Shown piece by piece: positions 40,660 to 51,553 of a stretch of DNA of 64,000 nucleotides. Each line of letters begins with the position of its first letter. Position 1 is the stretch's first letter. Made by a program: the position numbers and the translations under genes. The DNA comes from Gallionella sp. (lineage in GTDB: Bacteria > Pseudomonadota > Gammaproteobacteria > Burkholderiales > Gallionellaceae). The notes under the pieces are model-generated. The model was not told the DNA's origin, made no database searches, and worked only from the letters and a program-made list of their open reading frames with translations. The stretch covers positions 526 to 64,525 of the forward strand of contig JAUXWM010000086.1 of NCBI GenBank assembly GCA_030681375.1. Reading direction: 5' to 3'.

Positions 40660-42423
40660 TTGAGTACGCATTCTGACATTCATGGCAAAAATGCCGCTTC
40701 CGGAGAGGAAGCACGCCATGCCGGCTTAGCGCCAGCAGAGCCGCAACTTATTCTTCCCTCATTGGAAGCAACGTTGGACGGGGAGTTCGGCGCCGACGAA
40801 TCGCTGCGTGAATTTCACGTTAAAGCCACTGATGCTATCCCTGCCGATTTCTGGCGTTCGCTGAATTATTTCAACCTCTATCGTCTGGCATTAGTCGGCT
40901 TTATCGTTTTTATCGCTCTGGCTTTTGACGCTGAAGACTTGTTCGGCGCAGAAAAAGGGCGGCTATTCGTGATGACGGCCTGGTTTTATGTGGCTGCCGT
41001 GATGTTGTCCTTTGTTCCGCTGCACATGCGCTGGCTGCCGTTCTCATGGCAATTGGCGGTGCAGGTGTGTAGCGATATCGTCGCTTTGACCGTGTTGGCA
41101 CATGCCAGCGGCGGAATACAGAGCAGCGTCGGCCTGTTGATTATGGTCTCGCTGGCTGTAGCGGGTATCATCAGCCGGGGCCGGGTCACCCTGTTTTTTG
41201 CTGCGCTGGCCAGTATCGCCGCGTTACTCGAACATACCTTCGCCGTGTGGCACGACGAGGCGCCAGTCACTCAATATGTTCAAGTTGGTTTGTTGTGCAT
41301 ATCCTATTTTGCGGTGGCAGGACTGGCGCACAAACTGGCAAAATATGCGCTGGTCAATCAAAAGCTGGCGCAGCGTCGGGGCCGTGATTTAATCGGTATG
41401 GCGGAAGCGAATCGCCTAGTGATGAGGGATATGTATGATGGCGTGCTGGTAGTGGATGAGCATGGCCATATCATGCAGATGAACCCCAGCGCCGCCCGTT
41501 TGCTGCGTAACACCGAGACATCGGCAGGCAGGCTGGCTGACAGTTTTCCGCTGCTGTACGGGCAGTACCTATTATGGAAGAACGAAACATTCAGCAGTCG
41601 CGATACGATACAGCTGGATGGCGGGCTTCAGGCAAGATTGAGATTTATCGGCGTAGAACGCGATGTGGCGCAGGGTGCAGTAATATTTCTGGAAGATATG
41701 CAGCATGTGCAGGCTGAAGCGCAGCAAATCAAATTGGCCGCACTGGGACGTTTGACGGCGAATCTGGCTCATGAAGTGCGCAACCCCTTGTCGGCCATCA
41801 GCTATGCGACTGAATTGCTACAGGAAGAGCCGGGTAGTGTGCGGCAAGAGCGGTTATTGCAGTTGATCAGGGATAACACTCAGCGCATTAACCGCATAGT
41901 GCAAGACGTGATGCAGCTGAATCGGCGCGACCGTGCACAGTCCGAGACATTTGACCTGGCGGTGCTGCTGCGGGTGTTTGTCGATGAATTTGTCCAGTCT
42001 GAACGGGTCGCCCCCGGTGTGCTGGTGTTGCAGGCTGAGCAAGTTAGCACGGTTACCTTTGACAAGGGGCATTTGCGTCAGGTGTTGTGGAACTTGTGCA
42101 GCAACGGGCTGCATTACGGGAAAAAGTTACCAGGTAGTCTGGTGTTATTGTTAGCTGTCGAGCATGGGCGGGTGATACTGGATGTGCATGATGATGGGCC
42201 AGGCATCTCAGCGGAAAATCAGGCGCGCCTGTTCGAACCGTTTTTTACTACCGCAGAGCAGGGAACGGGGCTGGGTTTGTATATCGCGCGCGAATTGTGC
42301 GAAGCGAATGGCGCGTGGCTGGAATATCATGAATCGGCTGCGCACAAGCCTGGAGCACACTTCCAGATTACTTTTGGCGAGAGGCGGCTTGGAAAAAGAC
42401 CGGAGCGTGAGCATGGCAGATAA
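40660..42423 (+). CDS. pilS: Type IV pilus sensor histidine kinase PilS
   Basis: Six TM segments (FNLYRL...), PAS-like linker, H-box LAHEVRNPL, N/G boxes (NLCSNG, DDGPG, GTGLGL). The TTG start is uncertain. Confidence 0.88.
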   Translation: MSTHSDIHGKNAASGEEARHAGLAPAEPQLILPSLEATLDGEFGADESLREFHVKATDAIPADFWRSLNYFNLYRLALVGFIVFIALAFDAEDLFGAEKGRLFVMTAWFYVAAVMLSFVPLHMRWLPFSWQLAVQVCSDIVALTVLAHASGGIQSSVGLLIMVSLAVAGIISRGRVTLFFAALASIAALLEHTFAVWHDEAPVTQYVQVGLLCISYFAVAGLAHKLAKYALVNQKLAQRRGRDLIGMAEANRLVMRDMYDGVLVVDEHGHIMQMNPSAARLLRNTETSAGRLADSFPLLYGQYLLWKNETFSSRDTIQLDGGLQARLRFIGVERDVAQGAVIFLEDMQHVQAEAQQIKLAALGRLTANLAHEVRNPLSAISYATELLQEEPGSVRQERLLQLIRDNTQRINRIVQDVMQLNRRDRAQSETFDLAVLLRVFVDEFVQSERVAPGVLVLQAEQVSTVTFDKGHLRQVLWNLCSNGLHYGKKLPGSLVLLLAVEHGRVILDVHDDGPGISAENQARLFEPFFTTAEQGTGLGLYIARELCEANGAWLEYHESAAHKPGAHFQITFGERRLGKRPEREHGR

Positions 42424-43804
42424 TCAAAAAAACAAACGCGACATATTGCAGGAAGAACGGGGCAAGACGGCCCGTGTGCTGCTGGTGGATGATGAGCCGG
42501 ACATCCTGGAATTGCTGGAAATGGCCATGCTCAAAATGGGGCTGGTTGTGGATAAGGCGGGTAACGTGTGCGAGGCCCTGACTAAACTGGATGCGTGTCA
42601 TTATGATTTGTGCCTGACTGATATGCGCATGCCGGATGGCGACGGTCTGGAAGTCGTGCGCTATATTGCGCAGAACAATCCGGATGTGCCTGTCGCAGTG
42701 ATTACCGCGCACGGCAATATGGAAAATGCAATCACCGTGCTCAAGGCGGGTGCCTTCGATTACCTTGCCAAGCCGCTCTCGCTGGAGCAGTTGCGCACCC
42801 TGGTGAAGTCCGCACTGAATCTGCCGTCACCCCGTGCGCCGGGCGATAAGCTGTTGCTCGGCCACGCGCCGGGGATGCAGAAGGTGCGTGACCTGATCGA
42901 GCGCGTTGCGCGTAGTCAGGCGCCGGTGTACATCAGCGGCGAATCGGGCAGCGGCAAGGAATTGGCGGCCAGGCTGATCGTGCAAAGCGGGCCGCGCGCG
43001 GAACAGCCTATGATTGCGGTTAATTGCGGCGCGATTCCTGAGAACCTGATGGAGAGTGAGTTTTTCGGTTACAAGAAAGGCGCTTTTACCGGGGCGGATA
43101 AGGAACGGGATGGCTTTTTTCAGGCCGCGAACGGCGGGACTCTGTTTCTCGATGAGGTGGCCGATCTGCCCCTGCTCATGCAGGTCAAGCTGTTGCGTGC
43201 GATACAGGAAAAACGCGTCCGTAAAGTGGGCGCAACCAGTGAAGAAGAGGTGGATGTGCGCCTCATCAGCGCGACGCATAACGATCTGGCCGAATGCGTG
43301 AGACAGGGCCAGTTCAGGCAGGATCTCTATTATCGTTTGAATGTCATTCCCATTCAGATGCCGTCGCTGCGCGAACTGCGTGAAGATATTGTGGAAATTG
43401 CCTGTCATGCGCTGGAACGGTTGCGTGCGGGCGTACCGGTGCGTTTTTCCGCAGAAGCCTTGAGTGCTTTGCAACGATATGATTTTCCGGGAAACGTTCG
43501 TGAAATGGAAAATATTATTGAGCGGGCGCTGGCTTTGTGTTCGGATGGCGTGATCACCGTTCAGGACTTGCATCTGACCCCGATGGAGTGCAATCAATCG
43601 GAGGTGGGCGAGGTAAGCGATAAATATCCGCTGCCGGACTATCTGGATCGTGTCGAGAAAGAGGCGCTGCTGGAAGCCTTGCAACAAACCAACTTTAATC
43701 GCACCGCTGCCGCCAAGCTGCTGGGGCTGACTTTCCGAACCATGCGCTACCGTATGGACAGGCTGGGCATTAAAAGCCCGAACGGTACTGATGATGCTGA
43801 TTGA
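42413..43804 (+). CDS. pilR: Sigma54-dependent response regulator PilR
   Basis: Receiver (LLVDDEP, LTDMRMP), AAA+ (GESGSGKE, ESEFFG, GAFTGA, FLDEV, PGNVREM), Fis-type HTH. GGAG precedes ATG 42413. Confidence 0.92.
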   Translation: MADNQKNKRDILQEERGKTARVLLVDDEPDILELLEMAMLKMGLVVDKAGNVCEALTKLDACHYDLCLTDMRMPDGDGLEVVRYIAQNNPDVPVAVITAHGNMENAITVLKAGAFDYLAKPLSLEQLRTLVKSALNLPSPRAPGDKLLLGHAPGMQKVRDLIERVARSQAPVYISGESGSGKELAARLIVQSGPRAEQPMIAVNCGAIPENLMESEFFGYKKGAFTGADKERDGFFQAANGGTLFLDEVADLPLLMQVKLLRAIQEKRVRKVGATSEEEVDVRLISATHNDLAECVRQGQFRQDLYYRLNVIPIQMPSLRELREDIVEIACHALERLRAGVPVRFSAEALSALQRYDFPGNVREMENIIERALALCSDGVITVQDLHLTPMECNQSEVGEVSDKYPLPDYLDRVEKEALLEALQQTNFNRTAAAKLLGLTFRTMRYRMDRLGIKSPNGTDDAD

Positions 43805-44333
43805 CGATAACGGCTGGCTGCAAGGTTGCGAGCATCTGGCCTCCCCCAATTTTGATGCGCGAACTGCAGGTGATATCGACCTGCTGGTGATACACAATAT
43901 CAGTTTGCCTCCTGGCGAATTTGGCGGTGACGGCGTGCAGTGTCTGTTCACCAATACGCTGGACAGGAATGCGCATCCGTATTACCGGACGATTCCTGAA
44001 GGGCGGCTGTCATCCCATTTTTATATTCGTCGCGACGGGCAGTTGATACAGTTTGTGTCCGTCTTGCAGCGTGCCTGGCATGCGGGGGCATCCGTCTGGC
44101 AGGGTAGGACGCGCTGCAATGATTTTGCTATCGGCGTCGAACTGGAAGGCACAGATTCTGTGCCGTTCACCGATGCGCAATACGCCGTGCTGCATCAACT
44201 GACCCTGACATTGCGCGCAGCCTTCCCTATCGCTGGCATCGCCGGTCACAGTCATATTGCACCCGACCGCAAGACCGATCCCGGCCCCTGTTTTGACTGG
44301 CTGCGTTATCTCGTCGAATTATCCGTCAAGTAG
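43791..44333 (+). CDS. ampD: 1,6-anhydro-N-acetylmuramyl-L-alanine amidase
   Basis: LLVIHNISLPPG, SSHFYIRRDG, RAWHAG, GHSHIAPDRKTDPG. Confidence 0.95.
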   Translation: MMLIDDNGWLQGCEHLASPNFDARTAGDIDLLVIHNISLPPGEFGGDGVQCLFTNTLDRNAHPYYRTIPEGRLSSHFYIRRDGQLIQFVSVLQRAWHAGASVWQGRTRCNDFAIGVELEGTDSVPFTDAQYAVLHQLTLTLRAAFPIAGIAGHSHIAPDRKTDPGPCFDWLRYLVELSVK

Positions 44334-44441
44334 GATATCAGCTCTTATTCGCTACTCATTGTTTCCTTTTGGTTTATCCGTGTAGCCCTGCTCCTTAAGT
44401 GCCGAAGGGGTGATTTTTTATGCTTGCAATATTTATTCATA

Positions 44442-44488
44442 ACACTACAATCAGCGCCCACCACTTAAAAAAATACTATATATAGTGG
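44442..44488. promoter_or_regulatory. Tandem NrdR boxes upstream of nrdA
   Basis: ATACTATATATAGTGG (44473-44488) fits acaCwAtATaTwGtgt. A weaker box, ACACTACAATCAGCGC, starts 31 bp upstream, which is the usual tandem spacing. Confidence 0.72.
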
Positions 44489-44524
44489 TTTTGAGAAGTT
44501 TACTGATTAGCCAACCTCGGGGAT

Positions 44525-47365
44525 ATGTTCATGCCAAATTCCGCTGCCTATAGCGCCTCCGCTTCTTTTTCGTCTGCCAATGCTGTTGCACCTGCAGGGC
44601 AGCAGTTTGATCAATACAAGGTTATTCGCCGCAATGGTTCAGTGGTGGTGTTTGAGCCCGCGAAAATCTCGGTCGCGTTGACCAAGGCTTTCATCGCCGT
44701 GAGCGGTGGTCAGGGCGCGGCTTCCGCGCGTGTCCGCGAGATCGTCGAGCAACTCACAGGGGGTGTGGTCGGTGCGCTGATGCGCCGTCAGCCGCATGGC
44801 GGCACGCTGCATATCGAGGATATTCAGGATCAGGTCGAATTGGGTTTGATGCGCTCCGGCGAACATGATGTTGCGCGCGCCTATGTGTTGTATCGCGAAG
44901 AACATTCACGCTCACGCGCCAAATCCAGAACGCAGGAGCCGGTTCACGTTATAAACGTCACCAGCGAAGACGGGGTGGTGCGCCCGCTGGATCTGGATCG
45001 TTTTACCACTCTGGTGCAATCCGCCTGTGCGGGTCTGGGTGACGTGGTTGATGTGGACAAGGTCATACGCAGCGCCTTGAAGGATATGTACGATGGCGTG
45101 CCTATGCATGAGGTACACAAATGTCTGATTCTGTCGGCGCGGGCGTTGATTGAAAATGAACCGGCATATAATTTTGTTACCGCGCGTCTGTTGCTGAACA
45201 ATATCTGCTGCGAAGTGTTGGGCGAAGAAGTGACGCCAGCCGACATGGATGCGCGCTATGTGGAATATTTCCCGAAATATATCAAGCGCGGCATTGCTGC
45301 CGAATTGCTGGATGAGCGTCTGGCGGGATACGACCTGCCGCGTCTGGCGGCTGAACTGGACGCATCGCGCGATCTGCAATTTGGTTACCTGGGGCTGCAA
45401 ACCCTGTATGACCGCTATTTCCTGCATATAGAGGAAACGCGTATCGAATTGCCGCAAGTGTTCTTTATGCGCGTCGCGATGGGGCTGTCATTGAACGAGA
45501 TAGACAGGGAAGCGCGTGCGATCGAGTTTTATCGTCTGTTGTCCGGCTTTGACTTCATGTGCTCCACACCGACGCTGTTTAATTCCGGTACGCGGCGTTC
45601 GCAACTGTCTTCCTGCTATTTGACCACCGTGGAAGATGATCTGGATGGCATTTACGAGGCGATTAAGGAAAATGCGCTGTTGGCTAAATTTGCCGGGGGC
45701 CTGGGCAATGATTGGACGCCGGTGCGCGCCCTCGGTGCGCACATCAAGGGTACCAACGGTCAGTCGCAGGGTGTAGTGCCGTTCCTTAAAGTAGTGAACG
45801 ATACCGCGGTCGCGGTCAATCAGGGCGGCAAGCGCAAGGGCGCGGTGTGCGCCTATCTGGAAACCTGGCATCTGGACATTGAAGAGTTCCTGGACTTACG
45901 CAAGAACACCGGCGATGACCGTCGCCGTACCCATGACATGAATACCTCCAACTGGATCCCCGACCTGTTCATGAAGCGCGTGATGGAAGGCGGCAACTGG
46001 ACGCTGTTCTCGCCTTCCGACGTGAAGGACTTGCACGACCTGTTTGGCAAGGACTTTGAGCAGGCATACATCGCCTACGAAGCGAAAGCGGCGAGTGGTG
46101 AAATCAAGCTGTACAAGACGGTGCAGGCGGCCAGTCTGTGGCGCAAGATGCTGACCATGCTGTTCGAAACCGGACATCCGTGGATCACTTTCAAGGACCC
46201 GTGCAATATCCGTTCGCCGCAGCAGCACGTCGGCGTGGTGCACAGCTCCAATTTGTGTACCGAAATCACGTTGAACACCAATGCCGACGAGATCGCCGTG
46301 TGCAATCTGGGTTCGGTAAACTTGCCGGCGCACCTCTACCCCAAGGGGCACGAACTGGCCGGGCAGATCAATCACGACAAGCTGCGCCGCACGATCAACA
46401 CGGCGATGCGCATGCTGGATAACGTGATCGATATCAACTATTACGCAGTCGCCAAGGCGCGCAATTCCAATCTCAAGCACCGTCCGGTCGGTCTGGGTAT
46501 CATGGGTTTCCAGGATTGTCTGCACCAGTTGCGCACCGCGTACTCTTCCGAGGCGGCGGTCGAGTTCGCCGACCGTTCGATGGAAGCGGTGTGCTACTAC
46601 GCATATTGGGCGTCCACTGAGCTGGCGCAGGAGCGCGGCCGTTACGCTTCGTATCGTGGCAGCCTGTGGGATTGCGGCATCCTGCCTCAGGATACGCTGG
46701 ACCTGTTGCGCGAAGAGCGCGGCGGCTATGTCGAAGTGGACACGTCGGTCAGCATGGACTGGGACGCGCTGCGTTCCCGCATCGAGCAATACGGCATGCG
46801 CAATTCCAATTGCGTGGCGATTGCCCCGACCGCAACGATCTCGAACATCATCGGCGTATCGGCCTGCATAGAGCCGACTTACCAGAACATTTTCGTGAAA
46901 TCGAATCTGTCCGGCGAGTTCACCGTAATCAACGACAATCTGGTTGCTGACCTGAAGGAGCTGGGTTTGTGGGATGAGGTGATGATCTCCGATCTGAAAT
47001 ACTTCGACGGCAGTCTGGCGAAGATCGACCGTGTGCCGGCCGAGCTGCGCAGCCTGTACGCCACGGCATTCGAGGTTGAGCCCAGCTGGCTGATCGAAGC
47101 CGCATCACGCCGTCAGAAGTGGATAGATCAGGCGCAATCGCTGAATATCTACATGGCGGGGGTGTCCGGTCGCAAGCTGGATGATACCTACAAGCTGGCC
47201 TGGGTGCGGGGCCTGAAGACCACGTATTATCTGCGCACGATGGGCGCGACCTCGGCCGAGAAGTCTACAGGGCGCGCCGGTGCGCTGAATGCGGTGGCCG
47301 TGGGCGAAGTGCAGGAGACGCAATTCTGCTCGATTGACAATCCGGAATGCGAGGCTTGTCAGTAA
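44525..47365 (+). CDS. nrdA: Ribonucleoside-diphosphate reductase class Ia alpha subunit
   Basis: N-terminal ATP cones, STPTLFNSG, QLSSC, SNLCTEI, CNLGS, APTATIS, C-terminal CEACQ. Confidence 0.98.
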   Translation: MFMPNSAAYSASASFSSANAVAPAGQQFDQYKVIRRNGSVVVFEPAKISVALTKAFIAVSGGQGAASARVREIVEQLTGGVVGALMRRQPHGGTLHIEDIQDQVELGLMRSGEHDVARAYVLYREEHSRSRAKSRTQEPVHVINVTSEDGVVRPLDLDRFTTLVQSACAGLGDVVDVDKVIRSALKDMYDGVPMHEVHKCLILSARALIENEPAYNFVTARLLLNNICCEVLGEEVTPADMDARYVEYFPKYIKRGIAAELLDERLAGYDLPRLAAELDASRDLQFGYLGLQTLYDRYFLHIEETRIELPQVFFMRVAMGLSLNEIDREARAIEFYRLLSGFDFMCSTPTLFNSGTRRSQLSSCYLTTVEDDLDGIYEAIKENALLAKFAGGLGNDWTPVRALGAHIKGTNGQSQGVVPFLKVVNDTAVAVNQGGKRKGAVCAYLETWHLDIEEFLDLRKNTGDDRRRTHDMNTSNWIPDLFMKRVMEGGNWTLFSPSDVKDLHDLFGKDFEQAYIAYEAKAASGEIKLYKTVQAASLWRKMLTMLFETGHPWITFKDPCNIRSPQQHVGVVHSSNLCTEITLNTNADEIAVCNLGSVNLPAHLYPKGHELAGQINHDKLRRTINTAMRMLDNVIDINYYAVAKARNSNLKHRPVGLGIMGFQDCLHQLRTAYSSEAAVEFADRSMEAVCYYAYWASTELAQERGRYASYRGSLWDCGILPQDTLDLLREERGGYVEVDTSVSMDWDALRSRIEQYGMRNSNCVAIAPTATISNIIGVSACIEPTYQNIFVKSNLSGEFTVINDNLVADLKELGLWDEVMISDLKYFDGSLAKIDRVPAELRSLYATAFEVEPSWLIEAASRRQKWIDQAQSLNIYMAGVSGRKLDDTYKLAWVRGLKTTYYLRTMGATSAEKSTGRAGALNAVAVGEVQETQFCSIDNPECEACQ

Positions 47366-47368
47366 AGC

Positions 47369-47440
47369 GGTGAGTGGAAAGTGGTGAGTGGAAAACCTGC
47401 TTACTTGCGACTTACCACTTGCCACTTACGACTCACTACT
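47369..47440. repeat. Inverted heptamer arrays between nrdA and nrdB
   Basis: ggtgagtggaaagtggtgagtgg ... cttaccacttgccacttacgactcactact. Confidence 0.75.
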
Positions 47441-47456
47441 AATTTAAGGAAACAAA

Positions 47457-48596
47457 ATGCTGACATTTGACGAAGAAATCAAGCCGACTGCGATGCCTGC
47501 GGGCGTGACGGGTGCTTTTAATGGAATGCCAACCTCGACGGCTGCGCACGCGCCGGTGACAATGCCTGCGACAGCATCCACCGGCCGCATCCGCGTGGAA
47601 GACAAGCGCATCATCAATTGCAATGCTGATGTGAATCAGCTGGTTCCCTTCAAATACAAATGGGCATGGGAGAAATATCTGGCCGCCTGCGCGAACCACT
47701 GGATGCCGCAGGAAGTGAACATGACGGCAGACATCGCGCTGTGGAAGAGCGATAAGCTGAGCGACGACGAGCGCCGTCTGGTCAAGCGCAATCTGGGGTT
47801 TTTCACCACGGCTGACAGTCTGGCGGCGAATAATATCGTGCTGGGTTCGTATCGCCACATTACCAATCCTGAATGCCGTCAGTTCCTGCTGCGTCAGGCT
47901 TTCGAGGAGGCGATCCACACCCATGCCTACCAGTACATCGTGGAGAGTCTGGGGCTGGATGAAGGCGAAATATTCAACATGTATCACGAAGTGCCCAGCA
48001 TCCGTAACAAGGATGAATTCCTGCTGCCGTACATCGATGTGTTGACCAATCCGGAATTCAAGACCGGCACGCCTGAGACAGACCGTGCGCTGTTGCGCAG
48101 CCTGATCGTGTTCGCCTGCATCATGGAAGGACTGTTCTTCTATGTCGGTTTCGTGCAGATTCTGGCGCTGGGCCGTCAGAACAAGATGACCGGTGCGGCG
48201 GAGCAATATCAGTACATCCTGCGCGACGAATCAATGCACCTGAATTTTGGTGTGGATTTGATCAACCAGATCAAGATGGAAAACCCGCATCTGTGGACGG
48301 CTGAGTTCCGCGAAGAAATCCGCGGCCTGATGCAAAAAGGCGTGGAGTTGGAATACGCCTATGCCGAAGACACCATGCCGCGTGGCATCCTTGGCCTGAA
48401 CTCGACGATGTTCAAGGAATATTTGCGTTTTATCGCCAATCGTCGCTGCCAGCAGATCGGCGTGGATATCTTGTATCCGGGCGCGACCAACCCGTTTCCG
48501 TGGATGGCGGAAATGATAGACCTGAAGAAAGAAAAGAACTTCTTTGAAACACGGGTGACTGAATATCAGACGGGCGGATCGTTAAGCTGGGATTGA
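47457..48596 (+). CDS. nrdB: Ribonucleoside-diphosphate reductase class Ia beta subunit
   Basis: [36 protein letters not shown]. Confidence 0.97.
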   Translation: MLTFDEEIKPTAMPAGVTGAFNGMPTSTAAHAPVTMPATASTGRIRVEDKRIINCNADVNQLVPFKYKWAWEKYLAACANHWMPQEVNMTADIALWKSDKLSDDERRLVKRNLGFFTTADSLAANNIVLGSYRHITNPECRQFLLRQAFEEAIHTHAYQYIVESLGLDEGEIFNMYHEVPSIRNKDEFLLPYIDVLTNPEFKTGTPETDRALLRSLIVFACIMEGLFFYVGFVQILALGRQNKMTGAAEQYQYILRDESMHLNFGVDLINQIKMENPHLWTAEFREEIRGLMQKGVELEYAYAEDTMPRGILGLNSTMFKEYLRFIANRRCQQIGVDILYPGATNPFPWMAEMIDLKKEKNFFETRVTEYQTGGSLSWD

Positions 48597-48658
48597 GCTG
48601 TAGAGTGATACCATGCGTCCTTCGCGCATGATACCCACGCTGCATTTTCATTAAGGCT

Positions 48659-49618
48659 ATGTTGTTTAAACTTTGCGCATTGCTGTGTCTTCCCTTGTTG
48701 CTGGCATCCTGTGCCACGCCGCCGATACAGTACAAGGATGTGATCGAACCTCAGTCGATCTCCATTGCGCCTGTCCGCTCGGAACAGCCTGTCGTGGCGT
48801 TGGCGCTGGGGAGTGGGGGAGATCGGGGTTTTGCCCACATCGGCGTCATAAAAGTGCTGGATGCTAACGATATTGGAATAGACATCGTCTTGGGCACCAG
48901 TGCGGGCAGTGTGGTAGGCGCGCTGTATGCGGGTGGTTACAACGGAGTCGAGTTGGAAAAACTGGCGCTGGAAATGGACAGAGGCAAACTGAGAGACTTT
49001 GATTTTTCCATGCGTGGTTATGTGCGCGGTGAACAGTTGCAGGATTTTATTAATCGCACCCTGAATAATCGTTCTATCGAACAACTGGAAAAACCTTTTT
49101 TTGCGATTGCCACCCAGCTCGGCAGTGGTAAAACGGTCGTGTTCAATCACGGCAATACCGGCATGGCGGTGCGCGCGTCCAGCAGCATACCCGGCGTATT
49201 TTATCCGGTGCGGATAGGCGGCGAGGAATATGTGGATGGCGATTTGAAAAAGCCCGTTCCGGTAAAGCTGGCGCGAGAAATGGGTGCTGATTTCATCATC
49301 GCCGTGGATATTTCGCAACAGCCGAAAGATTATCCTGTCCTGAAAAATATCCTCGATATCCTTAAACAGAGCTTGCGTATCATGCGGCAGTCTGTCCTGG
49401 GGAACGAACTGGAATCCGCGCAAATCGTGATTCGACCCGATATCGGCGTTACGCCGGAAATCGATGAAAGCAGCAAATTGCGTCTGATAAAAATAGGCGA
49501 AGACGCGGCAACGGCGGCCTTGCCGCAGATACGCGACAGATTGCAAAAGATCACCGCCGAGAAAATGTCGGTTCGTGCGACGCCGCAATCCGTAGTCAAT
49601 AGCCCGCAAGCACCATGA
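48659..49618 (+). CDS. Patatin-like phospholipase, lipoprotein
   Basis: Lipobox LLASC, ALGSGGDRGFAH, GTSAG nucleophile elbow, DGD motif. Confidence 0.88.
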   Translation: MLFKLCALLCLPLLLASCATPPIQYKDVIEPQSISIAPVRSEQPVVALALGSGGDRGFAHIGVIKVLDANDIGIDIVLGTSAGSVVGALYAGGYNGVELEKLALEMDRGKLRDFDFSMRGYVRGEQLQDFINRTLNNRSIEQLEKPFFAIATQLGSGKTVVFNHGNTGMAVRASSSIPGVFYPVRIGGEEYVDGDLKKPVPVKLAREMGADFIIAVDISQQPKDYPVLKNILDILKQSLRIMRQSVLGNELESAQIVIRPDIGVTPEIDESSKLRLIKIGEDAATAALPQIRDRLQKITAEKMSVRATPQSVVNSPQAP

Positions 49619-50946
49619 GTTTCTACTGCCGTGAGCTGCCTTATCAGCCCGATGCGGCGCGCTACTTTGCCGCAATAGCAGACTTGCCCTGCTCAGCGTG
49701 GCTGGACAGCGGCGGCATGGCGCGTTTCGATATTCTGACTGCCGCACCGCACCACACGCGGCTGTGGAATGAACAAACGGGGTGCGGTGATCCCTACGCT
49801 GCGCTGCGCGATGAATTGGGTACAGCGGTTTCGCCTGTAGCCGATGTGCCGTTTGCCGGTGGCGCGCTGGGCTACTGGAGCTATGATCTGGCGCGCGGCA
49901 TGATGAATCTGCCCTGCCATGCGGAAGTCGGCGAACGCCTGCCTGTCATGGCTGTCGGCTTCTACGACTGGGCGCTGGTGCTGGATCATCAGGAGCACAC
50001 GGCGCGACTGGTATCTCATCTGCACTACTCAGAAACAGCCGCGCTGTTGCCACATATTTTGCAGCGCCTGCAAGCGCCTTCATCATTGCCTTCTGATACA
50101 TTCAGCGTACAGGGCAAGATACGCTGCAATTTCACCCGGGAAAGTTATTCTGAGGCGTTTTCCAGGATACAAGGCTTTCTACAGGCCGGAGACTGCTATC
50201 AGGTCAATCTTGCGCAGCGCTTCTCGGCTGACGCGACAGGTGATGCGCTGAGTGCCTACCTTAAACTGCGAAACCTGAGTCCCGCGCCCTATTCGGCGTA
50301 TTTGAATTTTCCCCAAGTGCAGATACTGTGCGCGTCGCCGGAACGCTTCATTAGCGTGAGCAACGGGCTGGTAGAAACACGGCCGATTAAAGGCACGCGC
50401 CCGCGCGATGGCGACCTTGTTCGCGACCGGCAGCTGGCCGACGAATTGAGCCGACACCCCAAAGACCGCGCCGAGAATCTGATGATCGTGGACCTGCTGC
50501 GCAACGATCTGGGCAAGAGCTGCAAACCCGGTTCGGTGCGTGTGCCTAAGTTATTCGAGGTGGAGAGCTATGCCAACGTCCATCATCTGGTCAGCACCGT
50601 GCAGGGTGAGCTGGCCGAGGGGCTAGATGCGCTGGACGTGTTGCAAGGCTGCTTTCCCGGCGGCTCGATCACCGGCGCCCCCAAGCAGCGCGCGATGCAG
50701 ATCATCGAGCAACTGGAACCGAACCGGCGCGGCGTGTACTGCGGCGCTATTGGCTATGTCGGTTTCGACGGCAACATGGACAGCAACATCGTTATCCGCA
50801 CGCTGGTTTATTCGAATGACGAGATTCGCTGCTGGGCGGGCGGCGGCATCGTCGCCGATTCGCAATGCGATGCTGAGTATCAGGAGACACTGGACAAAGC
50901 ATCAGCCATGCTGGCGTTGCTGCGCTTATACGGCGGGGAGCTTTAA
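49615..50946 (+). CDS. pabB: Aminodeoxychorismate synthase component I
   Basis: GDCYQVNLAQR, SPERF, RPIKGTRPR, MIVDLLRND, FPGGSITGAPK, AGGGIVADS. Confidence 0.92.
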   Translation: MSFYCRELPYQPDAARYFAAIADLPCSAWLDSGGMARFDILTAAPHHTRLWNEQTGCGDPYAALRDELGTAVSPVADVPFAGGALGYWSYDLARGMMNLPCHAEVGERLPVMAVGFYDWALVLDHQEHTARLVSHLHYSETAALLPHILQRLQAPSSLPSDTFSVQGKIRCNFTRESYSEAFSRIQGFLQAGDCYQVNLAQRFSADATGDALSAYLKLRNLSPAPYSAYLNFPQVQILCASPERFISVSNGLVETRPIKGTRPRDGDLVRDRQLADELSRHPKDRAENLMIVDLLRNDLGKSCKPGSVRVPKLFEVESYANVHHLVSTVQGELAEGLDALDVLQGCFPGGSITGAPKQRAMQIIEQLEPNRRGVYCGAIGYVGFDGNMDSNIVIRTLVYSNDEIRCWAGGGIVADSQCDAEYQETLDKASAMLALLRLYGGEL

Positions 50947-51259
50947 CATGCGCAGTAAATTCCCCTTCATCATTTTTCAATCTTGAAAAAGCTTTTCATC
51001 CACGAAGAGGTTTTAGCAGGGATTATGCCGTTTCACACCGTTTGGCATCAACTCGCAAAAACATGAAATAAATCAAAATCTTAGCGTGGTTTAATTGCTC
51101 GCCAGGCTGGTGGCAAGCCAAGATTGCATAAGCACATGAATATGATCATGTTTTTTCGTTACTTTCGTGGATAATTGCAGTTTTTAGGCTCAAAGGTGGA
51201 AGTCGGAGAGCCTGACTTGGTTTTAAATGGGAAAGTGCGAGGGGCACGCTGCTAGTTAG

Positions 51260-51553
51260 TTAGGCATACCTAAACTCAATCTTGCTGACCTTTTTCAAGT
51301 CCACAGTCTGCTTGGCTTGCCATAAATCATAATTGTCTTGCATCGCCAACCAACTCTCGGGTGAGCGTCCCAATGCTTTGGAGAGACGGAGTGCCATTTC
51401 AGGACTCACGCAACTGGTTTCGTTCAAAACGCGGTTGATGGTCGAGGCGGCAACGCCTAATTTGAGGGCAAGCTCCCTGCAACTGATTTCGTTCGGCGCA
51501 AGGTAAACCTCTTGAATAAACGCCCCGGGATGTGGTGGATTGTGCATAGCCAT
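51260..51553 (-). CDS. higA: HigA family antitoxin (HTH-XRE)
   Basis: MHNPPHPG, EMALRLSKALG, SWLAMQDNYDLW. Confidence 0.93.
   Translation of the reverse strand: MAMHNPPHPGAFIQEVYLAPNEISCRELALKLGVAASTINRVLNETSCVSPEMALRLSKALGRSPESWLAMQDNYDLWQAKQTVDLKKVSKIEFRYA

Noticed and set aside
40660-40850. About 60-residue N-terminal extension of PilS
   Set aside because: The start codon is uncertain (TTG) and the extension is low-complexity; no evidence for a distinct domain.
44525-47365. Possible intein or intron in nrdA, and an apparent GC3 rise in the 3' half (similar impression in valS)
   Set aside because: Length and motifs fit an uninterrupted class Ia enzyme with N-terminal ATP cones. The compositional shift was only an impression and was not quantified.
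50950-51010. Minus-strand fragment that would read like a HicB N-terminus (IEKNDEGEFTAHV) if a frameshift is assumed
   Set aside because: It needs an assumed frameshift, is too short, and has no partner gene.
51210-51265. GCCTGAC...GTTAGGC as a second complete attC site left of higA
   Set aside because: The ends pair but the interior is not self-complementary, so no attC hairpin can form; only the GTTAGGC core was kept as evidence.
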